Part shown: in pieces, positions 17,703-27,583 of the stretch
Layout: each line of letters begins with the position of its first letter
Numbering within the stretch: the stretch's first letter is position 1
Virus record (IMG/VR): IMGVR_UViG_3300035670_000243
Span: 1 to 58,340 of that record
Direction: 5' to 3' (one strand)
DNA: 58,340 nucleotides
Origin: a virus
Taxonomy: Duplodnaviria; Caudoviricetes
Notes under the pieces: model-generated
The model's database searches: none
Told to the model about the DNA's origin: nothing
The model's input: only the letters and a program-made list of their open reading frames with translations
Translations under genes and position numbers: made by a program

Positions 17703-20700
17703 ATGCCTGTTTACAATGTTATTGGTCCAGACGGCAAGAAGTTCCGTGTTAACTCCAAAGAGGGGCAGACACAGGAAGATGCCAATCGATACATCTTCGG
17801 CAAGTACTACGCTGATACGCCGGTTGATGCCGCTAAGGTTTCTTCTCTGGCAACGGTTATTCCAACTCCTGCGCCGCAGCCCAAGCCGAAAGAGCGGTCA
17901 TACATTCCTGCGCCATCAATTGCAGAGAAGGCGTTGCAGCCTATTACGAGTTACCCCGAGGCGCTTCAGCGGGCGGCGGGTGAGAGCTATGAGTTTGCAA
18001 GAGAAGGCGTAGCAAAACTCCAAGAACCTGGCGTAATGCCGAAACTAAAAGGCGTTGGAAAAATCGGGCTTGGCATGCTCGGGGTTGCAACTGCTCCGGT
18101 TGAGGCGGCGATTGAAACTGTAGCCGGAAAGCCAATCGAAGAGGCTACCGGCATCCCGTCCGAGGGGACTGAGTTGATTCTTGGTATGGCGCTGCCGTTT
18201 GGCGGCAAGACCAAGGCTGTAAAAAAAGCTGCCAAGACAATTGAGGAGAAGACAGGCGTAGATGTTCTTGAGGCAACCGCTGCTGGACAGGCAGAGAAGG
18301 CTGCTCGAGAGCAGGTGATCAAGTCAACGCAGGCGGCTCCGACCGTAGAGCAGTTAAAGCCGGGGATTGCAGCTAAGCCGATTCAAATTTATCAGGATTA
18401 TGTCGGTCGTCCCGCGCTTGAGTTTATGAAGAAGAGCCCCTTGGCTACGACAACTGGGGCTGTGACTGGCGTGTTCGGGATGGAGAATCTGCCAGAAGAC
18501 GCGACTGTTCAAGACAAGGCTCAGGCATTTGCGCTCGGCGCTCTTGCCGGATTTGGCGGTGCTAAAGGATTGAAGTACGTAGCCGGAAAAGTTCCGGCAG
18601 GGAACGATGAGAACATTGCAGACAAGTTTGCGCGTGGGCTTATTGACAACTATGGCCTCCCGCAGGACTACCTTGACGTTAAGCAAAACGCCAAGATGTT
18701 CAAGAACCAGATGTCATCTGACTTCTTGGATCTGACTCGCGATGTAGCAAAGTTGAGCGACGATGAGCGCAAGGCGATGTACTACATCATGCAGGGAGAG
18801 CAACTACCGATTGAGTCCGTCGCAGCCCTGAGTGATAAGGCTAGAGACACCATTACCAAGTACGGTCAAAAGATGGTGGACGTTGGTCTATTAAGCCCAA
18901 AAACATTTCAGAAAAACGCCGCGACTTACTTGCGTCGTGAGTACGCCAGCAAGTTAAAGCCGGAAGGGTACCTTACTCGGGCAGCGAATAACCTAAGGCT
19001 TATTGGCTCAAGCCTAAAGCCGCGTGGAGTGATCATTGAGATATCTCCCAAGAACCTTGAGAAATACAAGGCTGAGGGATGGGAAAAGTTTGGCGAGGCA
19101 AAAAGCGGAAACAAGATCCGCGTGCGTCGTCAATTAACTGCTGAAGAGCGAAAGGCAAAGGGCGAAATTGACGACGCTGCTTATGCTATTTCTCGTACTG
19201 GGCAACTGATGTCTAACGATATCGCCACGTACAAGATGTACGACGATATCTCAAAGATGGATCAGTATGTCAGCGACCAACCTGTTGAAGGTTGGATTCA
19301 GTTGTCTAGCGACAAGATTCCTAAAACAAACATTGCTCGTTACGGGAACCTTGCAGGAAAGTATGTTTCTCCAGAGGTTGCTCGTGACTTGCAGGGCCTT
19401 GAGCTTACGAGAGGCCTTAACAGGAATCCTATTGTTAGTGCTTACCGCCAGGCGCTGGCTGCATGGAAAGCCGGCAAGACTGCGTTGAACCCTGCTGTTC
19501 ATATGAACAACGTGGTATCAAACGTGATGCTGTATGACCTGTCTGGGTCTGATTGGCGATCATTGGCAAGTGCTGCAAACGAACTTCGCAAAGGAGACAA
19601 GAGCGACCTGTACAAGCAGGCTGAGAAGCTCGGGGTATTCGATGCCGGGTTCTCCTCTCAAGAGTTGGGGCGCGAGGGAAAGAATGTACTTGACGCCATC
19701 GAGGCGTCACGCCCTGCGGACAACGCAGTAGATGCTGCGCTCAAGATTGCAAGTGCCGGGTGGAAGAAGACAGGCGGAAAGATCATTGACGCCTATCAGG
19801 GCGAAGACAGCATCTTCCGCTTTGGAATTTTCTTGGATCGCATCCGCGCTGGCATGTCGCCAGAAGATGCGGCTAAAGAATCTAAGAAGTGGTTGATCGA
19901 TTACGAGATCAATGCGCCTGCTATTCAGGCCATGCGTAACACGACGCATCCGTTCATTGCCTACAGCTACCGCGCTATCCCGCTGCTGGCGGAGTCCGCA
20001 GCCTTGCGCCCGTGGAAGTATGCTAAGTGGGCTGCGCTTGGATACGGTCTTAACGAATACGGCGAGCAAGAGTCGCCGGGTCGTGATGTCGAGAAAGAGC
20101 GGCGCATGCTGCCGGAGTACCAGAAGGGAACTATGTTTGGCGTTCCGGGTGCTCCGCCGACGATGATCAAGCTGCCGTCAGAAGAGCCTGTGCCAGATGC
20201 GGAGACTGGAGAAGTCCCACCGTCCATGTACTTGGACGTTCAGCGGTTCATCCCCGGCGGCGATGTGTTTGCAACCACCGAGGCTGCGGGGCGTCGTATT
20301 GAATACTTGCCCCAGTTCTTGCAGCCTGGCGGTCCGCTGTTTGATGCCTTCTCTGTTCTTTACGAAGGGCGAGATCCGTTTACCGGAAAAGATCTTCCGG
20401 GGATGAACATTGGCGCGACCGAAGGTGAGGTTCGTGCAAACAACGCTGCTATCAAGGCAAGCAAGTTCATCACGACTTTGCTGCCAAACTTGCCCGGAAT
20501 ACCCGGCGCTCCGGCTACGGAGAAATTCAAGAAGGCAGAGGCTGGCGCTGAGTCTTTGACGCAGCCGCAGATCAGCACGACTCAGGCTGTGCTGCAAACA
20601 TTTGGTATCAAGGTTACGCCAGTCGATGTTGAGAAACTTTCAATTCAACAACTTTTATCTATGAAGAAAGATGTTGATAACGTAGCCAAGGATTACACCT

Positions 20701-21365
20701 CTGTTATTCGCAGGCATGAACAGGGCTTGGCTAATGACGAGGAGTTATCTGAAGCCTCGGCTGCGTTTGATTCCCGTTTGAAGAACATTTTCGACAAGTA
20801 TCAGAAGCGCGAAGAAGGCCCTGCTAAAGAAGAGCCAGAGGCTGCTGCACCTGCTCCTGCGGAGGCCGCAGCCCCTGAGCCAGAGGCTCCGGCTCAGGAC
20901 AACCGAGTTATGTTTACCGGCCCGGACGGCAAAGTTTACCGTGTCAAAGTGAAGCCGGGGCAGACTGAGGCCGATGTTCAAAAATACATCATGCAAAAGT
21001 ACTACCCCCAAAATAAGGCCCAAGGCGGGCTGGTTACTCCTGGAAACATTGATGTATCCAAGCTCCCCGCTGTACGCAATCCAGATGGTACTTACAGTAC
21101 TGTTCGGTCTATGGGCGTTAACATTGACGGTAAAGAAGTGCTTATCCCAACGGTCATTAATGGCAGGGTTGTTTCTGAGAAGGAAGCAATTGATGCTTAC
21201 TTGAAAACAGGAAAGCACCTAGGAATTTTTTCTAGTCCCGAAGCCTCTACTGCTTACGCCCAGCGCCTTCACGAGCAGGAGGCACAGCGAATTAAGAAAG
21301 CCAAAGGCGGCGTGGTTTATACCCCAGCAGAAGAAGTCTTGCTAAGAAGATACGCAAGCAGGTAG
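17703..21365 (+). CDS. Very large internal virion/ejection protein
   Basis: 1220 aa; KTALNPAVHMNN and HPFIAY motifs; duplicated GPDGK domain; last gene of the structural block. Confidence 0.65.
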   Translation: MPVYNVIGPDGKKFRVNSKEGQTQEDANRYIFGKYYADTPVDAAKVSSLATVIPTPAPQPKPKERSYIPAPSIAEKALQPITSYPEALQRAAGESYEFAREGVAKLQEPGVMPKLKGVGKIGLGMLGVATAPVEAAIETVAGKPIEEATGIPSEGTELILGMALPFGGKTKAVKKAAKTIEEKTGVDVLEATAAGQAEKAAREQVIKSTQAAPTVEQLKPGIAAKPIQIYQDYVGRPALEFMKKSPLATTTGAVTGVFGMENLPEDATVQDKAQAFALGALAGFGGAKGLKYVAGKVPAGNDENIADKFARGLIDNYGLPQDYLDVKQNAKMFKNQMSSDFLDLTRDVAKLSDDERKAMYYIMQGEQLPIESVAALSDKARDTITKYGQKMVDVGLLSPKTFQKNAATYLRREYASKLKPEGYLTRAANNLRLIGSSLKPRGVIIEISPKNLEKYKAEGWEKFGEAKSGNKIRVRRQLTAEERKAKGEIDDAAYAISRTGQLMSNDIATYKMYDDISKMDQYVSDQPVEGWIQLSSDKIPKTNIARYGNLAGKYVSPEVARDLQGLELTRGLNRNPIVSAYRQALAAWKAGKTALNPAVHMNNVVSNVMLYDLSGSDWRSLASAANELRKGDKSDLYKQAEKLGVFDAGFSSQELGREGKNVLDAIEASRPADNAVDAALKIASAGWKKTGGKIIDAYQGEDSIFRFGIFLDRIRAGMSPEDAAKESKKWLIDYEINAPAIQAMRNTTHPFIAYSYRAIPLLAESAALRPWKYAKWAALGYGLNEYGEQESPGRDVEKERRMLPEYQKGTMFGVPGAPPTMIKLPSEEPVPDAETGEVPPSMYLDVQRFIPGGDVFATTEAAGRRIEYLPQFLQPGGPLFDAFSVLYEGRDPFTGKDLPGMNIGATEGEVRANNAAIKASKFITTLLPNLPGIPGAPATEKFKKAEAGAESLTQPQISTTQAVLQTFGIKVTPVDVEKLSIQQLLSMKKDVDNVAKDYTSVIRRHEQGLANDEELSEASAAFDSRLKNIFDKYQKREEGPAKEEPEAAAPAPAEAAAPEPEAPAQDNRVMFTGPDGKVYRVKVKPGQTEADVQKYIMQKYYPQNKAQGGLVTPGNIDVSKLPAVRNPDGTYSTVRSMGVNIDGKEVLIPTVINGRVVSEKEAIDAYLKTGKHLGIFSSPEASTAYAQRLHEQEAQRIKKAKGGVVYTPAEEVLLRRYASR

Positions 21366-21375
21366 AGTCAAGCCC

Positions 21376-21603
21376 ATGAAAAAGAAGGACAAGTACACGC
21401 CTGTCCAGATCGAGGACGGCAAGTGGTATCGCGTTCGTGGGTATACGCACACGGAGTGTTGCGACTGTGCGCTGGTTCACAGGGAAGAGTTCCGGATGGT
21501 CGATGGACATTTGGAGTGGAGAGCCACCCGAGATGACAAGGCCACCGACAAGCGCCGCAAAGAACTTGGAATAAAGGTGGATCGTGCCAAAGAGAATATC
21601 TGA
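21376..21603 (+). CDS. Hypothetical protein (CCDC motif)
   Basis: ORF overlapping the start of the phosphoesterase gene. Confidence 0.55.
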   Translation: MKKKDKYTPVQIEDGKWYRVRGYTHTECCDCALVHREEFRMVDGHLEWRATRDDKATDKRRKELGIKVDRAKENI

Positions 21604-22579
21604 CGAAGAGTTCATATCAACTTGGATCAGACTTAAAAAACCTAGTGAAATAGCAAAAGAATTGGGGGTGGCGCAAAGGCCGATGATGTCTCGTCGCCGC
21701 AATCTTGAAGCCAAATACGGCATCGTGCTTCCCGCAGTGAACAAGAATAACTCTCAGAGTGAGAAAACTCTGAAGGGTAACAGGGCGTCTAAGACTGCTG
21801 AGGACCGAGCCCGGCGGTACGAATCAGAGATGCTCGATACGCTGCAAGACGGCGTGGTAATGATTGCCTCGGATGCGCACTACTGGCCCGGCATCGTGAG
21901 CCTCGCGCATGAAGCGTTTTGCAGGTTAGCTAAGCAACTTAGTCCGCAAATCATTGTGCTAAACGGCGACATCTTAGACGGCGCTCGTATCAGCCGGCAT
22001 GCTCGCATCATGTGGGAAAAGCAGCCTGAACTGAAGGAAGAGATCCACGCGGTACAAGATCGGTGCGCGGAGATCGAGCGGGCTGCGGGTAAGGCGAGGC
22101 TCATCAGGACAATCGGTAATCACGATGCTAGGTTTGAGAACTACCTATCCGGCAGAGTCGGTGAACTTGAAGAGATGACGGGCACTACGCTGCTCGATTA
22201 CCTGCCACGCTGGCGAGCGGGCTGGTGCTTGCACCTGAACAGGGGAGAGGACGGGTGGCTTACGATCCGTCACCGCCCTGTATCCGGCGGGATACACGCC
22301 TCCTACAACAGCACCCTAAAGGCTGGGGTCTCTTACGTGCACGGGCATCTTCACAAGCTTCAGGTCACGCCGTGGGCGGACTATCGAGGTCGGCGGTATG
22401 GCGTAGATACCGGCACTCTTGCTGAGCCCTACGGTCCGCAGTTCAACTACACCGAAGCCGGCCCGCTTAACTGGGCGTCAGGCTTTGCCGTCATCACCTT
22501 CAAGGGCGGCAAGATGCTTCAGCCAGAGTTGTGCGTTGTGGAGCACGGCAAGGCATGGTTCCGAGGGAAGGAAGTATGA
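21584..22579 (+). CDS. Calcineurin-like metallophosphoesterase with N-terminal HTH-like segment
   Basis: SDAH, NGD, GNHD and HGHLH motifs. Confidence 0.85.
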   Translation: MPKRISDEEFISTWIRLKKPSEIAKELGVAQRPMMSRRRNLEAKYGIVLPAVNKNNSQSEKTLKGNRASKTAEDRARRYESEMLDTLQDGVVMIASDAHYWPGIVSLAHEAFCRLAKQLSPQIIVLNGDILDGARISRHARIMWEKQPELKEEIHAVQDRCAEIERAAGKARLIRTIGNHDARFENYLSGRVGELEEMTGTTLLDYLPRWRAGWCLHLNRGEDGWLTIRHRPVSGGIHASYNSTLKAGVSYVHGHLHKLQVTPWADYRGRRYGVDTGTLAEPYGPQFNYTEAGPLNWASGFAVITFKGGKMLQPELCVVEHGKAWFRGKEV

Positions 22580-22770
22580 ACCGCTGCCCGCAGTGCAAGC
22601 ACTTCATCAAGACTTACGAGGACGAGGGGTGGTGCTCAAACGGCAAGTACTCTGGCTTCATGGAAGTCAACTTCAACGAAGAGCGTTGCAAAGGGGAAGG
22701 GTTCGTTAGGGGAAACGAACCCCCTCGGACTCAGCCTTCTGAGCCTGAAGCGAATCCACGTACGCTGTGA
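22576..22770 (+). CDS. Small Cys-rich hypothetical protein
   Basis: ATGA overlap; CPQC motif. Confidence 0.45.
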   Translation: MNRCPQCKHFIKTYEDEGWCSNGKYSGFMEVNFNEERCKGEGFVRGNEPPRTQPSEPEANPRTL

Positions 22771-23101
22771 TGATCGCTTCAATTAACTCATCGTATTGAG
22801 TAGGCGTGAACTCGAGGAAGTTGTACACCCCGATAGCCTCGATGAAGTAACCGCCGGCAGCGGCAGCATCGTTGATAGCGGCCTGTTCGTTTGGTGACTT
22901 GTCGATCATGTAATCATCCACGCACTTTAGTGAGCAGAACCTGGCTTGCTTGCGCGTTGCCCCCGGCGGCGGGGAGTACATGAACCCCCTCGCTTCCCGA
23001 TGACACATCGGACACAAACCGAAACTCCGTAATCTCCGTGTACTGGCCATTCTTCTGAACCTTGATTTCGGTGGGTTTGAGTAATGCGTCTGCATTACCA
23101 A
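22706..23101 (-). CDS. DUF6511-like protein (true start uncertain)
   Basis: C..C.REARGF..FCS..C followed by MID..NEQAAI; follows the helicase. Confidence 0.55.
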   Translation of the reverse strand: MVMQTHYSNPPKSRFRRMASTRRLRSFGLCPMCHREARGFMYSPPPGATRKQARFCSLKCVDDYMIDKSPNEQAAINDAAAAGGYFIEAIGVYNFLEFTPTQYDELIEAIITAYVDSLQAQKAESEGVRFP

Positions 23102-24593
23102 GGGCGTCTGCGGTCGAGGCCGGCAGGATGCCGGGTCCCTTCATGCGCTTGCGCCACCACTTGACTGCCTTGTCTTTGGGGTAGCCCTTGTGATCGAAGC
23201 AGACCCACTCCCGAAATACTTCCATTCCGGATCTATATTCCACGCGCATGGAGTCCGGCTTCCCCGGCTTATGGTGCCGGCGGTAGAAGACGGCATTGAC
23301 CTTTCTCCACTCAGCCGGGGCGTCCACGCTCATGATGGGCAGCGTCGTCGCCGTAGAGGCGATCTCAGGCTCTCTAGGGGGCCAGACATACCCACAGTCG
23401 GGGCACTCCATGGAGCCCGCAAAAACGATGCTCTTGCATTCTGGGCAGGTCTTGGTCGGAGCCTCCCCGGCCTCGTCACTCTTGCGCGGCTTCTTGGGAT
23501 TGACCTTATCCACCGGCCCGTGCCGGGCAACGTTACCCGCAAAGTCCAGCACCAAGCAGTCCGCCTTGCCTGGCGAGTTACGCATCCCCCGTCCCATGAT
23601 CTGTATATACAAGCCGGTTGAGCAAGTAGGTCTCAGCACCGCAAGGAGGTCCACATTCGGGGCGTTGAACCCGGTCGTCAATACTCCCATAGATGCGATA
23701 GCCCGCAGCCTGCCGGCCTTGAAGTCGCGGATGATCTCATCCCGCTCTACCCTTGGGGTGTCGCCAAAAATGGTCGCACAGTCGATGCTGTGCTTCCCCA
23801 GCAGCGAAGCAATGTGGGTGGCGTGACTCACGCCAGAGCAGAAGATCAGCCACGAGCGGCGGTCCTTTCCGTATTCCAAGATCTCCTCTACGACGGCAGC
23901 GTTGATGTCGTCCTTGTCAACGGCTTTCTCGAGTTCCCCTTGGATGTACTCGCCGCCCCGCATACCAACTCCGCTCACCCCCAGCTGCGTCTTGGGTTGC
24001 TTCGATATCAACTTGGTCAGGAACCCCTCGCGCACCATGTTGGAAAGCGGAGCCTCGTACGAGACCGAATCGAACAGCGCATCCTTGCCTTCGTACAGCA
24101 AGCCAGAGTCCAACCGATATGGTGTAGCAGTTAACCCAATCACCCGCATGTCCGGGTTCATCACCTTCAGGTTGTTCAGAAACTTCTGATACATCGTGTT
24201 TGTCTTGCGCGGGATAAGATGCGCTTCGTCGATCAAAACGATATCGACCTTAACGAACTTCGATGCCTTGGCGTGAACGGACTGTATACCGCAGAACACA
24301 ATCGAAGGTTCGTACTCGCGCTTGTTGAGCCCCGCTGAGTTGATGCCGGCCGGGGCTTCGGGCCAGAGGCTTTTCAGTTCGTCGTAGTTCTGCTTGATCA
24401 ACTCGCGAACGTGCGTTACCACCAGAATCTTCGTATCCGCCCACTGGCTGAGAACCAGCCGGCAGAACTCCGCAATCACCAAGCTCTTCCCAGTGCCTGT
24501 TGACAGGACGATGACGGGGTTGCCGTCATTCTCCTGCATGTAGCGCATGGTGGCTTCGATGGATTCCTCTTGGTAGTAACGCAGTTTAATCAC
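22914..24593 (-). CDS. SF2 DEAH-box helicase (RadD/YejH-like) with Zn ribbon
   Basis: LRYYQ, TGTGKS, DEAH, TATP and QIMGRGMR motifs; CPEC..CPDC. Confidence 0.92.
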   Translation of the reverse strand: MIKLRYYQEESIEATMRYMQENDGNPVIVLSTGTGKSLVIAEFCRLVLSQWADTKILVVTHVRELIKQNYDELKSLWPEAPAGINSAGLNKREYEPSIVFCGIQSVHAKASKFVKVDIVLIDEAHLIPRKTNTMYQKFLNNLKVMNPDMRVIGLTATPYRLDSGLLYEGKDALFDSVSYEAPLSNMVREGFLTKLISKQPKTQLGVSGVGMRGGEYIQGELEKAVDKDDINAAVVEEILEYGKDRRSWLIFCSGVSHATHIASLLGKHSIDCATIFGDTPRVERDEIIRDFKAGRLRAIASMGVLTTGFNAPNVDLLAVLRPTCSTGLYIQIMGRGMRNSPGKADCLVLDFAGNVARHGPVDKVNPKKPRKSDEAGEAPTKTCPECKSIVFAGSMECPDCGYVWPPREPEIASTATTLPIMSVDAPAEWRKVNAVFYRRHHKPGKPDSMRVEYRSGMEVFREWVCFDHKGYPKDKAVKWWRKRMKGPGILPASTADALGNADALLKPTEIKVQKNGQYTEITEFRFVSDVSSGSEGVHVLPAAGGNAQASQVLLTKVRG

Positions 24594-24808
24594 GAGTCAA
24601 GCTCCTGTTTCGGTAGTGATTTCATTATTTCTGTTGCAACGTGCTTCACATGTTCAAGCTCTTTGGTAGAGAACGACATGATCAGGCTATATGCGTACAA
24701 GTCGAGTGCTTTCAAAATAATCAGCAGATCCTCTCCAGTCAGCAGCATCGTTGACTGGACGTCATCATCCGATACTTCATCTGGATCTATGCTGCGGTGT
24801 CTGTCCAT
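24590..24808 (-). CDS. Hypothetical protein
   Basis: Coupled ORF between nuclease and helicase. Confidence 0.5.
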   Translation of the reverse strand: MDRHRSIDPDEVSDDDVQSTMLLTGEDLLIILKALDLYAYSLIMSFSTKELEHVKHVATEIMKSLPKQELDS

Positions 24809-25737
24809 ACCGATCCATCCTTCATCAGATACTCAACCCAATTAGGACCCGAGTTTATCTGCTCTCCGGGGATCAGATCAGGTACAAACAAGTGGTGTTC
24901 GCAGCCACGCTTCTGCACTTCCAGATCCAAGCTCTTGTTATGCCACTCACATTTCCACCCGCCAGTCGGAAGCGGCGTACTGTGCAGACAGGTTCTGCAC
25001 GATTTCTGTCGCGGCATGTCTTCGCCGTGGCACATCTGACTAAAGGTGCAGTACTTGCACTCGTGCCATGCGGGGTCGTTCGACAGTTTGCCGGGAGGCT
25101 TCGGAGCGAAGATGACGCGCTTTGCCTTCTCGATGAACATCTCGGCTTCGCTCTGTACGTACAATGTACACACACTGGTCAGGTCGCGAACGCCGGGCGA
25201 GGCTGCGGTAAGGTAGTGCTTCTTAGTTCCGAAGTAGTGCATGTAGATCTGGGCCTGCGCGTAGTACACGTAGTCCCAGTTCTTCAGCGCAGTGGACTCA
25301 TCCGTGAAGCGCAACTTCTGCAACTTCTTAAACTTGTTTTCGTTAACAACTTTGCATTCCCAGACGTAGAGTTCGTCCGGGTCTTGCAAAAGCCCGTCGA
25401 TAAGCCCATCGCAGTTGCCGCGAAAGTGCCCGCCGATTGCCTCAAAAGAATGCTGGACACCGGGTTCCTTTTCCGTAGAAAGATTAACGCCAGGCACAAG
25501 GCGAAGCATGTCTGCGACTACCTGTTCGCCCCGATGTCCATCATTGATTCGACGCAGCCCGCCGGCCTCGATAAACCCTCGCCTTACCCAGCGAAAGTTG
25601 AACCAGAGCTTACGCTCGCATGAGTCCCCAACCGCAGATGCACCAAGGTATCCGCGAGGGCTGTTCTCTTGCAGGGACTCCATCGCGGCATCGACTGCAC
25701 GCAATGTGAGATCTTCAGTGTCTGGAATCTTGACCAT
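24787..25737 (-). CDS. Cas4-like PD-(D/E)xK exonuclease
   Basis: YLGAS..C.RKLW, G..DG..WECK, YYAQAQIYM and C..C..C cluster; SD GGGAGG before the ATG at 25737. Confidence 0.85.
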   Translation of the reverse strand: MVKIPDTEDLTLRAVDAAMESLQENSPRGYLGASAVGDSCERKLWFNFRWVRRGFIEAGGLRRINDGHRGEQVVADMLRLVPGVNLSTEKEPGVQHSFEAIGGHFRGNCDGLIDGLLQDPDELYVWECKVVNENKFKKLQKLRFTDESTALKNWDYVYYAQAQIYMHYFGTKKHYLTAASPGVRDLTSVCTLYVQSEAEMFIEKAKRVIFAPKPPGKLSNDPAWHECKYCTFSQMCHGEDMPRQKSCRTCLHSTPLPTGGWKCEWHNKSLDLEVQKRGCEHHLFVPDLIPGEQINSGPNWVEYLMKDGSVWTDTAA

Positions 25738-25828
25738 ATCCCCTCCCAAAAAGGGAGGCGCGACACCCGGTCGGTGGGTGGGGAGAGAGCAACTGGGGGT
25801 TGCTAACCGGATGCCGCGCCTCTTTATG

Positions 25829-26314
25829 TTACTTCTTGTGACGTTCCCACGGCTTCGGAGCAGAGCCCGAAGCGGCAGCAACAGGAGCAGCCTGAGGGGC
25901 AGCGGCTGCGGGAGCGGTCCCGCTCAAGGGGTAGTACGCAGCGCGTGCGTCCAGACCACCCATCTTGTTCTCCTTGTGGGTAATAGTGACCTTCATCGGC
26001 TTGAAATGCAACTGCTCGGTGTCCTCAAACACGGACAGACCGACCGCGTTGCAGATGTTGCCCAAGGTCTTCTTCGCGATCTTGACAGTCGCCTCGCTCT
26101 TGTTGAAGAGATTGAGACGCTCCCAGAACCGACTGCCCGCGTACTTCGGGCCCATCACCTCCAGCTCCAGCCAGATGTACTGGCCGTCGCCTGCCTTCGT
26201 GTCGCGAAGGTCCGACTGCACGATCTGCATCGTGTAGTCCCCAGCCGGCAGAATCTCGCGGGTGTTCTGCGTGAGATCGCCCGCGTCTGCTACGTTGAAA
26301 CTTACCTTAGCCAT
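25829..26314 (-). CDS. DUF669-family single-stranded DNA-binding protein
   Basis: LPAGDY..K.GDG.YI.LE; Ala/Pro tail ending KPW. Confidence 0.8.
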   Translation of the reverse strand: MAKVSFNVADAGDLTQNTREILPAGDYTMQIVQSDLRDTKAGDGQYIWLELEVMGPKYAGSRFWERLNLFNKSEATVKIAKKTLGNICNAVGLSVFEDTEQLHFKPMKVTITHKENKMGGLDARAAYYPLSGTAPAAAAPQAAPVAAASGSAPKPWERHKK

Positions 26315-26319
26315 TTTAA

Positions 26320-27084
26320 TTAACCTCCAGTGACGTTGTTCATTGCCGTGCCCAGTGCATCGGCAAACTTTTGATACTCAAGCGGGAGCATGTCGGGCAG
26401 CGGCCAGCGAGACTTCGCCTGCCAACCTGGACGCTCTTGGGTGTACAACACCCGGTTCCCGTTACCCACAGCGCGAGTGATCTTCTGGTTGAAACCCACA
26501 TCACTCTTGACAGTCGAGTACTGCTGATTGGCAAACATCAGAATGTCGCACCACTCAGCAATCAAGCTTGAGCTGCCGTGATGCAGGTCCAACTGATAGC
26601 GGTCATACGGGTCAGCAAGTGGGTCATCGAAACGCTTCACTTGCGTGTGAGCGAGTACGATCACCTGCATACCCTGCTCGTTGCGCAGGTAATCAAACGC
26701 ATCAAGAATCTGCCGCCAGTAATCCGACGCAGCCTTGTAGCCGCGACCGTAGCCGATGGCGTCGATGGTCTTGACGTTGTTATCTTCCGCAACCTTCTTG
26801 TGGATCAACTGCTCGGCCCAGTCCGCAGAGTCAAGCACCACGGTGCCAAACTCATGCGACTCCGATGCCAGGGCTGCGATGCTCTCCATGATGTCTTCAA
26901 ACTTCTGACATCGCGGGAACGCATCCACGTTGATTGCATCCAAGCCCTCTTCGGTCTGGATGAACACCGGCTTCGGGGCTTGCGCCGCGAACGTGGACTT
27001 GCCGATGCCGTGCGTGCCGTACACCACGATGCGTGGCGGACGGGCAACGCCTGTCTTTCTCAAACTACTCAGTGATATCGCCAT
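26320..27084 (-). CDS. Sak4-like AAA ATPase (single-strand annealing recombinase)
   Basis: YGTHGIGKSTFA P-loop; TVVLDSADW, GYGRGY and EWCD motifs. Confidence 0.88.
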   Translation of the reverse strand: MAISLSSLRKTGVARPPRIVVYGTHGIGKSTFAAQAPKPVFIQTEEGLDAINVDAFPRCQKFEDIMESIAALASESHEFGTVVLDSADWAEQLIHKKVAEDNNVKTIDAIGYGRGYKAASDYWRQILDAFDYLRNEQGMQVIVLAHTQVKRFDDPLADPYDRYQLDLHHGSSSLIAEWCDILMFANQQYSTVKSDVGFNQKITRAVGNGNRVLYTQERPGWQAKSRWPLPDMLPLEYQKFADALGTAMNNVTGG

Positions 27085-27088
27085 CTCA

Positions 27089-27472
27089 TTAAACTCCTTG
27101 GACAATGGTTACTGCGGTCTTGGCGGGTTTGACGGTGAGTGCAGCAGAAAGGATCTTGTAGAACTGCGGCTCGTTATTGGAAAGGTACTTGACCCCGGCA
27201 TCGTCAAGCTCGCGCTTCATCTTCACAGGATGCAGACTGTCGGGGATCTTCGCTGCAATCTTTGCATCGAAGATGTCCCAATCAATCTTGCGGTTGAGCT
27301 TGCCGGTGATGGTGATCTTGAACGCTCCGACCTGATGGGTCTGAGAGCCTTCCTCTCTCGAGCCGAGAAGAGCGATCAACTCTTCCTCGAGGGCTACTCG
27401 CTTTTCGGTAGCCTTCTTCTCTTCGATCTTCGCTGCAAACAACTCTTCTGCAATTTCAATTTCAGTTTTCAT
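27089..27472 (-). CDS. Hypothetical protein of the recombination module
   Basis: First gene after the leftward promoter; ends T.KPAK..V. Confidence 0.6.
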   Translation of the reverse strand: MKTEIEIAEELFAAKIEEKKATEKRVALEEELIALLGSREEGSQTHQVGAFKITITGKLNRKIDWDIFDAKIAAKIPDSLHPVKMKRELDDAGVKYLSNNEPQFYKILSAALTVKPAKTAVTIVQGV

Positions 27473-27511
27473 TTCAGGTTTCCTTGGTGTGTCGTTAATG
27501 CCGACAGAGAG

Positions 27512-27553
27512 AGCGTACACCCCCTTGTGACGGAATGCAAGGGGTGGCATGAT
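27512..27553. promoter_or_regulatory. Overlapping divergent sigma70-type promoters with an inverted repeat
   Basis: Minus: TTGCAT-17-TACGCT; plus: TTGTGA-17-CATGAT; CCCCTTG..CAAGGGG inverted repeat. Confidence 0.55.
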
Positions 27554-27583
27554 GTCACCATCAAAGGAGCACGGAGACGCCCG

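Noticed and set aside
24787-25737. Cas4-like gene as part of a CRISPR-Cas system
   Set aside because: It sits in the Sak4/SSB/helicase recombination module with no cas1, cas2 or array
26930-27583. N-terminal extension of the 338-aa ORF
   Set aside because: Antisense to two real genes; RBS and HTH domains support a start at 27584
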